Assembly (NCBI GenBank): GCA_014905635.1
Contig: CM026548.1
Coordinates: 992,001 to 1,056,000, forward strand
Reading direction: 5' to 3'
Source of the DNA: Scenedesmus sp. PABB004
Taxonomy: Eukaryota
DNA length: 64,000 nucleotides
Below the pieces are notes generated by a model, which made no database searches, was not told the DNA's origin, and saw nothing but the letters and a program-made list of their open reading frames with translations. Position 1 is the first letter of the stretch. The number at the start of each line of letters is the position of its first letter. The translations under genes and the position numbers were made by a program. This document shows, piece after piece, positions 12,225 through 22,021 of the stretch.

Positions 12225-14417
12225 GCGTCAAGGCGCTGCAGGCGCAGCTCGTGGCGGCGCGCGCGGAGCTCGCCGAGCAGCTGACGGCGGCGCGGCAGGC
12301 GGCGGCCGACGCGGCGGCGGCGGCCGACGCGGAGCGCGCGGCGCTCGCCGAGCAGCTGACGGCGGCGCGGCAGCAGGCGGCCGACGCGGCGGCGGCGGCC
12401 GACGCGGAGCGCGCGGCGCTCGCCGAGCAGCTGGAGGTGGCCCAGGTGCGCGCCGCCGCCGCCGCGCCGCCGGTTCGATGCACGGCGCGCGCCCGCGCCC
12501 GCGGCCGACGCGCGGCGGTGGCTCACGCAAGCGCCCGCGCCCGCGCCGTCCCTTTGCAGGACGCGCGCGCGCGCGCTAGCGAGCAGCTGCAGGAGCAGCA
12601 GCAGACCGCGGCGGCCGACGCGCAGCGCCAGGCGGCGGCCTCGGCGGCCGCGGCAGCGACGGCGGCGGCGCAGCTCGAGGCGGCGCGCGCGGCGCTCGCC
12701 GAGCAGCTGACGGCGGCGCGGCAGGCGGCGGCCGACGCGGCGGCGGCGGCCGACGCGGAGCGCGCGGCGCTCGCCGAGCAGCTGACGGCGGCGCGGCAGC
12801 AGGCGGCCGACGCGGCGGCGGCGGCCGACGCGGAGCGCGCGGAGCTCGCCGAGCAGCTGACGGCGGCGCGGCAGGCGGCGGCCGACGCGGCGGCGGCGGC
12901 CGACGCGGAGCGCGCGGCGCTCGCCGAGCAGCTGGAGGTGGCCCAGGTGCGCGCCGCCGCCGCCGCGCTGCCGGTTCGATGCACGGCGCGCGCCCGCGCC
13001 CGCGGCCGACGCGCGGCGGTGGCTCACGCAAGCGCCCGCGCCCGCGCCGTCCCTTTGCAGGACGCGCGCGCGCGCGCTAGCGAGCAGCTGCAGGAGCAGC
13101 AGCAGACCGCGGCGGCCGACGCGCAGCGCCAGGCGGCGGCCTCGGCGGCCGCGGCAGCGACGGCGGTGGCGCAGCTCGAGGCGGCGGCGCGCGCGGCGCT
13201 CGCCGAGCAGCTGACGGCGGCGCTGCAGGCGGCGGCCGACGCGGAGCGCGCGGCGCTCGCCGAGCAGCTGACGGCGGCGCGGCAGGCGGCGGCCGACGCG
13301 GCGGCGGCGGCCGACGCGGAGCGCGCGGCGCTCGCCGAGCAGCTGGAGGTGGCCCAGGTGCGCGCCGCCGCCGCCGCGCCGCCGGTTCGATGCACGGCGC
13401 GCGCCCGCGCCCGCGGCCGACGCGCGGCGGTGGCTCACGCAAGCGCCCGCGCCCGCGCCGTCCCTTTGCAGGACGCGCGCGCGCGCGCTAGCGAGCAGCT
13501 GCAGGAGCAGCAGCAGACCGCGGCGGCCGACGCGCAGCGCCAGGCGGCGGCCTCGGCGGCCGCGGCAGCGACGGCGGCGGCGCAGCTCGAGGCGGCGGCG
13601 CGCGCGGCGCTCGCCGAGCAGCTGACGGCGGCGCGGCAGGCGGCGGCCGACGCGGCGGCGGCGGCCGACGCGGAGCGCGCGGTCGAGTGGCATGCGGGCG
13701 CGATTGAGCTGCTGGAGCAGCACGACGCCGCGCTGGAGCAGCTGCGCGGGCAGCACGCCGCCGCGCTCGAGCAGCGCGACGCCGCGCGCGCGAGCGCGGC
13801 CACGCTGCGGCAGGAGGCGGCCGCGGCGAGCGCCGCGCACGAGGCGGAGCTGGAGGCGCTGCGCGGGCAGCACGCCGCCGCGCTCGAGCAGCTCGAGCAG
13901 CTCGAGGCCGCGCGCGCCGCGCTCGAGCAGGGCGCGGCCGCGGCGGCCGCCGCGTCGGAGCCCGAGGCGGCCGTGCCGAGCAGCGGGGCGCCCAAGCGTC
14001 CCCTCAGCCCGGCCGCGGCCACCGCCACCGCTGCCACCGCCGCCGCCGCCGCTGCCACCGCGCCAAAGCGCCAGCACTTGGCGAGCCCGGCGGCGGGCGG
14101 CGGCGAGCAGGCGGGCGTGCCCAGCGGCGGCGCGGTGGCACCGCCCGGCCGCGGCGCCGAGGGCAACGGCGAGGCGCGCGAGCGCGAGGCGGCGCAGGGC
14201 GCGGCCGCCGCGGGCGCCGCGGCCGCGGCCGAGCCGGGGAGGACGCAGCCGCGGCGAGCGCCGCGCACACGGCGGCGCTCGCTGCTGCGCAGGAGCAGGA
14301 CGGCGGGGCGCCCAAGCGCGCCCACAGCCCGGCCTCGTCCGCCGGCGGGCAGAAGCGCCGGCACGGCGCGGCGGGCGGCGAGCAGGCGGGCGCGCCCGGC
14401 GGCGGCGTGGCGGCGCT

Positions 14418-14467
<50 letters not shown>

Positions 14468-14800
14468 GCCGCCGCGCCGCTGGGCGGGCCCGTGGCCGGC
14501 GCGCCGGGCGGCGGCGAGCAGGCGGGCGCGCCCGGCGGCGGCGGCGCGGAGAGCGACGACGGCGAGGCCAGCGACGGCGACGGCGACGACGACGGCCGCC
14601 GCTGCAGCCGGCGCCGCCGCCAGTGCCGCCGCCGTGCGCGCGGTCGGCGGCAGCGCCGCCTAGAGTGCCGCCGCCTAGAGTGCCGCCTAGAGTGCCGCCG
14701 CCGTGCGCGGTCGAGCTGCTGCTCGGTGCCAAGGCCATCCTGGGCCGCGCGGAGCTTACGGCCACCCTCCGCATGCTCAAAACCAACAAGCCCAAGCTGA
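12225..14800 (+). CDS. Ala/Glu/Gln-rich coiled-coil repeat protein region; no ATG found at the 5' end; may be the upstream part of the FHA gene
   Basis: Repeated ALAEQLTAARQAAADAAAAADAER units and three near-identical GT-AG introns, then low-complexity sequence with PKR-x-x-SP motifs and poly-Pro. Frame switches near 14235 and 14460. Confidence 0.55.
12260..13682 (+). repeat. Tandem array of ~72-nt coding units plus three copies of a 114-nt intron (12446-12559, 12947-13060, 13358-13471)
   Basis: Intron gtgcgcgccgccgcc...ggctcacgc...cctttgcag occurs three times (one substitution in copy 2), each flanked by the same exon ends (gcccag| and |gacgcg). Confidence 0.95.
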
Positions 14801-14820
14801 CCATAAAGCGCAAGTCCCAG

Positions 14821-16515
14821 CAAAACCCGGCCCCGCCCCGCCAAAACTCGCGCTCCCGCGGCGCCGCCGGGCCAAAACCCGGCCCCGCCCCGCCAAAACT
14901 CGCGCTCCCGCGGCGCCGCCGGGCCAGAACCCGGCGCCGCCGGCCAAAACCCGGCCCCGCCCCGCCAAAACTCGCGCTCCCGCGGCGCCGCCGGGCCAAA
15001 ACTCGCGCTCCCGCGGCGCCGCCGGGCCAAAACCCGGCGCCGCCGGGCCAAAACCCGGCCCCGCCGGGCCAAAACTCGCGCTCCCGCGGCGCCGCCGGGC
15101 CAAAACCCGGCGCCGCCGGGCCAAAACCCGGCCCCGCCGGGCCAAAACTCGCGCTCCCCGCGGCGCCGCCGGGCCAAAACCCGGCCCCGCCGGGCCAAAA
15201 CTCGCGCTCCCGCAGCGCCGCCGGGCCAAAACCCGGCGCCGCCGGGCCAAAACCCGGCCCCGCCGGGCCAAAACTCGCGCTCCCGCGGCGCCGCCGGGCC
15301 AAAACCCGGCCCCGCCGGGCCAAAACCCGGCCCCGCCGGGCCAAAACCCGGCGCCGCCGGGCCAAAACCCGGCCCCGCCGGGCCAAAACTCGCGCTCCCG
15401 CGGCGCCGCCGGGCCAAAACCCGGCCCCGCCGGGCCAAAACTCGCGCTCCCGCAGCGCCGCCGGGCCAAAACCCGGCGCCGCCGGGCCAAAACCCGGCCC
15501 CGCCGGGCCAAAACTCGCGCTCCCGCGGCGCCGCCGGGCCAAAACCCGGCCCCGCCGGGCCAAAACCCGGCCCCGCCGGGCCAAAACCCGGCGCCGCCGG
15601 GCCAAAACCCGGCCCCGCCGGGCCAAAACTCGCGCTCCCGCGGCGCCGCCGGGCCAAAACCCGGCGCCGCCGGGCCAAAACCCGGCCCCGCCGGGCCAAA
15701 ACTCGCGCTCCCGCGGCGGCGCCGGGCCAAAACCCGGCCCCGCCGGGCCAAAACTCGCGCTCCCGCAGCGCCGCCGGGCCAAAACCCGGCGCCGCCGGGC
15801 CAAAACCCGGCCCCGCCGGGCCAAAACTCGCGCTCCCGCGGCGCCGCCGGGGCCAAAACCCGGCCCCGCCGGGCCAAAACCCGGCCCCGCCGGGCCAAAA
15901 CCCGGCGCCGCCGGGCCAAAACCCGGCCCCGCCGGGCCAAAACTCGCGCTCCCGCGGCGCCGCCGGGCCAAAACCCGGCGCCGCCGGGCCAAAACCCGGC
16001 CCCGCCGGGCCAAAACTCGCGCTCCCGCGGCGCCGCCGGGCCAAAACCCGGCCCCGCCGGGCCAAAACCCGGCCCCGCCCCGCCAAAACTCGCGCTCCCG
16101 CGGCGCCGCCGGGCCAAAACCCGGCGCCGCCGGGCCAAAACCCGGCCCCGCCGGGCCAAAACTCGCGCTCCCGCGGCGCCGCCGGGCCAAAACCCGGCCC
16201 CGCCGGGCCAAAACTCGCGCTCCCGCGGCGCCGCCGGGCCAAAACCCGGCGCCGCCGGGCCAAAACCCGGCCCCGCCCCGCCAAAACTCGCGCTCCCGCG
16301 GCGCCGCCGGGCCAAAACCCGGCCCCGCCGGGCCAAAACTCGCGCTCCCGCGGCGCCGCCGGGCCAAAACCCGGCCCCGCCGGGCCAAAACCCGGCCCCG
16401 CCGGGCCAAAATTCGCGCTCCCGCGGCGCCGCCGGGCCAAAACCCGGCCCCGCCGGGCCAAAACTCGCGCTCCCGCGGCGCCGCCGGGCCAATACCCGGC
16501 GCCGCCGGTCCAAAC
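14821..16515. repeat. Composite minisatellite of 21-nt (ccaaaacccggc[c/g]ccgccggg) and 31-nt (ccaaaactcgcgctcccgcggcgccgccggg) units, with a perfect 240-nt higher-order duplication
   Basis: 24 long units counted by hand; 44 short units follow from the remaining length. 15181-15420 is identical to 15421-15660. Confidence 0.97.
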
Positions 16516-16980
16516 GGTCGGGGCGCACGCCAAGCAGCTGGCGCTGTGCGGCGGCGGGCCCGGTGCGCGGCGTTCGCGCGACAGCAGCGGCGGCGCGCCG
16601 GGCGCCGCCCCGGCGCCGAGCGCGGCCGCCGGGCCCGGCGGGCGCGCGCCCCGGGCCGCGCGCCTGCCCCCGCCCGCCGGGACGCGCACGCTGAGCCCGC
16701 TGTGCGCGCTGCCACGCTGCGCACGCTGAGCCCGCTGCGCGCGCTGCCGGCGCGGCTGACATGCACGCACGCGCGCACACGCGTCACCGCGCGCACAGAC
16801 CTGCTGCTGTGGACGCACGCACCGGTGCTGCTGGGCCGCCTGGTGAAGGAGGGCGAGGGGTACAAGTACCCCAACAGCTGGAACAGCCTCAGCAGCAGGC
16901 ACTGCACGCTCGCGTTTGAGGGCGACGGCGCCGAGGTGCGCGCCGCGGGGGGCTGAGCGCCGCGCTGCTCCGCCGCGTCG

Positions 16981-17011
<31 letters not shown>

Positions 17012-17789
17012 GGACCCACCCACCGCGCCACGCCGCGCCGCGCCGCGCAGGCGTGCTGGGTCGTGCGCGACAGCTCCACCAACGGCACCTTCATCAACGG
17101 CGCAAAGGTCGGCAAGGGCGCCGCCGCGCCGCTGCGCCCGGGCGACCGCCTCGGCCTCTCCTCCATCCACCCGCCGCCGGGGCAGCCCGCGACGAGCTTC
17201 GTCAACACCGTCGAGTATGTGCTGGAATTCGACGCCGACACGGAGCCGCCCGCCCGCCCCGGCGCCGCGGCCGCGCCACCGCCGCCGGCCGCGGCCAAGC
17301 GCCGCCAGGAGCAGCAGGGCTCGCCCGCCGACGGCGCCGCCGGCGCGACGGGCGGCGGCGGCGCCGCCGCCGGGGGCGCGTCGGGCGGCGCCAAGCGCGC
17401 GCGCGCGTCGTCGCACGACGACGCGGGCGGCGCTGAGATGAAGCAGCTCGTGGCGGCGAACAAGGTGCGCGGTGCTGTTTGTGTGTGTGGTGGGGGGGGG
17501 GTGTGGCATGGGGGCATGGCGCAGAGCGGGGGGCGGCGACGGCGCCAGGCGCGCCTGGGCGCGCCTGGCAAGGGAGGGAGCGCGCGGCGCCGCAGTGCCG
17601 CCCCCGCCGCGGCCGTGCTCACGTGCCACGCGCGCCTCCTTGGCGCAGGAGCTGCGCGAGCGCGCCGCCAAGCACGTGGCGGACATCGAGGCCCTGGAGG
17701 CCCGTCTCGCTGCTGCGGACGCGGCGGCGCACGACGCGGCCGCTGCGGAGCGCGAGGCGGCGCTGCAGGCGAGCGTGGAGGAGCTGCAG
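16490..17789 (+). CDS. FHA-domain protein followed by coiled coil; true start and stop uncertain
   Basis: Exons 16799-16935, 17051-17464 and 17650-17789 give VLLGR...SLSSRHCTL.../WVVRDSSTNGTFING...LRPGDRL, the GR, SxxH and NGT FHA signature, then a helical Ala/Glu-rich segment. Confidence 0.82.
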
Positions 17790-18035
17790 GTGGGTGCTCG
17801 CGCGACTGTGGCGTGTGTGTGTGTGTGGGGGGGGGGGGCACACTCTGGGGCGTCAGCGGGCGCGCGGCGCGCCGCCGGACCGCCACCACTTGCAGGCCTC
17901 AGCAGCGGCACGCCGCCCACGCGCGCTCGGCCGCCACCCGCGCAGCAGCAGCGGCAGCAGCACCGCCGCGCGCCGCCGCCCGCTCCGTTGCGGCCGCTCG
18001 CCGGCATGCCGCGCTGATCGGCCTGCGGCACCGCC

Positions 18036-18728
18036 ATGCCTCGCTCGCCCAGCCCCGGCGGGCGCGAGCGGAAGCGGGGAGGCTACGAGGACGAGCGCGA
18101 GCGCGACCGCAAGCGGCCGCGCGAGGACGACGCGCGGCACCACGGTCGCGATGAGCGGGGCTTCGACCGGTACGATCGGCACGACCGCCACGTCGGGGAC
18201 GGCCGCGGCGGCCGGGAGGAGCGCTATGCGCGCGACGGCCGGGGCCCCCACCCCGACAGCAGGCCGCGGGAGCGCGACGAGCGCCGGCGGGAGCGCAGCA
18301 GGTCGCGGGATCGCGACTACAGGCGCAGGTGCGCGCGCCGGCAGGCAGCGGCGGCGCTGCGGCGCGCCGCAAAGCGCTCAGCGCTCGGCGCCGCTGCTGC
18401 TGCCGCGCGCTCGCCGGCCCACACGCGCCGCTGCGCAGGTCGCGCAGCAGGGAGCGTGAGCGGCGGCGGGACGAGAGCGCCGAGCGGCGGCGCGGCCCGC
18501 CGCCGGGCGCGCGGCGCGAGGACGAGGAGGAGGAGGAGGGTGCGCTTCCGCAGCAGCAGCTGCCGGGCCCGCCCGGCGGCGCCGCGGCCAACGGCAAGCC
18601 CAAGGCGGAGCCGCTGTCGCTGGAGGAGCTGCTGCGGCGCAAGAAGGAGCAGCAGGAGCAGGAGTCCAAGGTGCGCGCGGGTTTGGCTTTGGGGGGAGGG
18701 GGGCCAGCCGGCAGCAGCACGCACGCAT

Positions 18729-18771
<43 letters not shown>

Positions 18772-20500
18772 CGGGCGGTCAGAGAGGTGGCCCCGGTGAG
18801 GCCCGCGGCGCCGCCTGATACCTCTGCCCCACAGCAGCGGCGGGGCGGCACGTTTTCAGGCGCGGCCGCGAGCCGTCGGCCGCGCCCCCAGCACGCCGCC
18901 CCACACCCCTTCCCTCCCCCTCCCGCGCACTCCCCTCTGGCACGCACGCACGCACGCACGCGCGAGCGCGGCGCCGTCGCTGCGAAACTCCCGTCCTCAG
19001 CGCCGCGGCGTGCCCGCCCCGCCCCGCCCCGCCCCGCCCCCGCCCTGCCCCGCCCCCGCCCCGCCCGGCCCGGCGCGCAGCCCAAGTTTCTGACCAAGGC
19101 GGAGCGCGAGGCCCTCGCGCTGGAGCGGCGGCGCGCCGAGGCGGCGGGCACGCGCGCGGCGCAGGACGAGCTCCGCCAGCAGCAGCAGCAGCAGCAGCTC
19201 GCGGTGCGAATGGGCGGCGCCGCTTGCGCGTGCGGCGCCCGTGCGGCGCCGCGCCCGCCCGGCGCGCGGGCTCTCGCCTCACCCGCGTCCGCGTCCGCCG
19301 CGCCGCCGCGCGCAGGACGAGGCGCGGCGCGCCGAGGCGGCGCGGCGCGAAGCGGCGCGCATGCGGGGCAAGGACGAGCGGGAGCGCGAGAAGGAGCTGG
19401 AGCTCATCCGCAAGCAGTACCTGGTGCGACGCGGCGCTGTGGCGCTGGCTCTGTGGCTGTGCGGCTGCTCACAGCCAGCTGTGTGTGTGGCCGTGGTGTG
19501 TGTGTGGCTGTGTGTGGGTGTGTCAGCGGAGCACCGCAGGCGGCCGGCGCGCCGCCCGCGCCGCTCACGCGCCGCCGCCGCGCGCCCCCCTCAACGCCCC
19601 GCCACCGCGCGCAGGGCGACGACGCGCCGACTAAGAAGCGTGCGATGAAGGCGAGTGAGAAGTTTCGGTTCAACTTTGACTGGGACGCCAAGGAGGACAC
19701 GAGCAAGGACCTCAACCCCCTCTACAACAACCTCCACCGTGAGACGCGGCGCCGCTGCGCAACGGCGCGCGGGCGGCGGCGCCGGCGCGGGGTGGGGGGG
19801 GGGGGAGTGAGGCGGCGCGGGCCGCCCGCTGCGCGCGCCCGACGCCGCGCCCACACGTGTGCCCACGCACGGGCCGCACGCCCACGCCCACGCTTTCACG
19901 CGCGCCCATCGCAGAGGCCAACCTGCTGTACGGGCGCGGCATGCTCGCGGGCATCGACCGGCGGGAGCAGAAGAAGGCGGCGGCTGCGGTCGAGGCGGAC
20001 GCGCTGCGCAAGGCGCGCGGCGCGGCGGGCATCGCCGAGACGAGCGACATGCGCGCGGCGGCGCGCGCGCGCGCGAGGCGCGTGCGGACAAGTACGATGC
20101 CTTTGACATGAGCGTGAGTGCCGCGCGCGCTGGGCCAGCCCGGCTGGGGGGCCCAGGGCTTCGCAGAGTTCGGGTTCAACTCAGCGCTCAAATCCTGCCA
20201 CGCGCACGCCGTGGCGCGCGCGCCGCGCGGAGGGGTGGGCCGCTGGCGGGCGCCGGTCGGCGGCGCCCGCGCCGGCGCCCCTCACCCGCCGCGCCCCGCC
20301 GCCGCGCGCGCCCCGCCGCCGGCGCGTCTGCTGCTGCTGCGGCCAGGTTGAGAAGCACTGGAGCGAGAAGCCGCTGAGCAAGATGACCGAGCGCGACTGG
20401 CGCATCTTCCGCGAGGACTTCAACATCAGCTACAAGGGCAACACCTCGACGCTGCCGCTGCGCGCGTGGGACGAGGCGGACCTGCCAGACATCATACGCA

Positions 20501-20568
<68 letters not shown>

Positions 20569-21990
20569 TGCGTGTGTGGGTGGGTGCGTGGGTGCGTGTG
20601 CAGGCGAGTGAGTAAGCAAGCGTGTGCAGGCAAGTGAGTGAGTGTGCGTGTGGAGGCGTGCGTGAGTGTGTGTGTGTGTGCACACGCGCGCCCGCCGCCG
20701 GGCGACGATGACCCGAAATCGCTTGATCTTATCTTTGAATGCCGCTGCCGCCGCGCGCGCGCCGCGCCGGGCCCGCCGCCGCCCCGGCGCGCGGCGGGGC
20801 CCCGGCGCGCGCGGCGCGCGCGGCAGGCGGCGCTGCCTGTTGAGACGTGAGGTCCTGAGCCCCCTCGGCCGCGGCGCGGACGCTGCTGTTGCCGTGTCGC
20901 GCGCGCGCGCGTCCCGCCTGCGCGCGCTTCTCTCCCCGCGCCGGCCGCGTCTCGCGCTGCCGGCCCGCTGCCCCGACGCCTGCCCTCCCGCCTCCCCCCT
21001 CCCCTGCTCTCCCGTGGCCCCTCTCCGGGGCCGCCGCAGGGCATCACCGCGGTCGGCTACGCCAAGCCCAGCCCCATCCAGATGGCCAGCATCCCCCTCG
21101 GCATGCGCCAGGTGCGCGCGGCGCGCGCCCCATGCCTCGCGCCGCGGGCCGCCCCGCATCCGCTCGCCTCTCCCTGCGCAACCCCGCGGCCGGAACCTCC
21201 CCACCCTGCTGGACCCCACCTTAAGCCCTTAACCCTAAACCCCGCCCTGAACCCATCCCCAAACCCCGCGCAGCTCGACGTCATCGGCGTCGCGGAGACG
21301 GGGTCGGGCAAGACGGCCGCGTTTGTCATCCCCATGCTCTCCTACATCCTCCGCCAGCCGCCCATGACCGAGGAAAAGTACGCGGACGGGCCCTACGCCG
21401 TGGTGAGGCGGCGCCCCCGCGTGCCCCTGCGCTGTGCTCGTGCCGCCGCTCGGGCGTCCGCCGCTTCGCGCATGCTGCGCACGGCGGCGGCGGCGCGCGG
21501 GCGGGCGTTGACAGGGGCGAGCCGCCGCCGCGCCGCGGCTCTGCTGCGCAGGTGCTCGCGCCGACGCGCGAGCTGGCGCAGCAGATTGAGGAGGAGACTG
21601 AGAAGCTGGCCAAGTTCACGGGCTTCAGGTGGGTGTGTTTCTTTGGGGGGGGGGGGGGGGGCGCTGCAGGACAGGCAGGGCCAGAGGGAGGGTCGGGGGC
21701 CGGAGCGCGAGCGAGGGCCGGGGCACGAGGCAGGGAGCATCAGCACGTCGGCCGGCCGACGCGCGCGCCGCCGCGGGGCCGCGCGCGCCGCCGCGGGCCC
21801 GCGCGCCCGACCCGCGCCGCCGCCGCGGCCGCCCGCCCCGCCCGCGCAGGGTGACGTCGGTCGTGGGCGGGCAGTCGATCGAGGAGCAGGGCAGCGTGCT
21901 GCGCCGGGGGTGCGAGATCGTGATCGCCACGCCCGGGCGCCTGCTGGACTGCATCGAGCGCCACTACTGCGTGCTCAACCAGGTGAGGGT

Positions 21991-22021
<31 letters not shown>

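Noticed and set aside
14821..16515. CRISPR array or telomeric C4A4 tract
   Set aside because: No unique spacers and no cas genes, in a eukaryotic context. Units are 21/31 nt and only contain ccaaaaccc, not a pure telomere repeat.
13435..17889. Very long ORFs such as 1484 aa (-), 1041 aa (6413-9538) and 1001 aa (14004-17009)
   Set aside because: Shadow ORFs caused by stop-codon scarcity at extreme GC. They run through introns or antisense to real genes and give Arg/Ala/Pro-only text.
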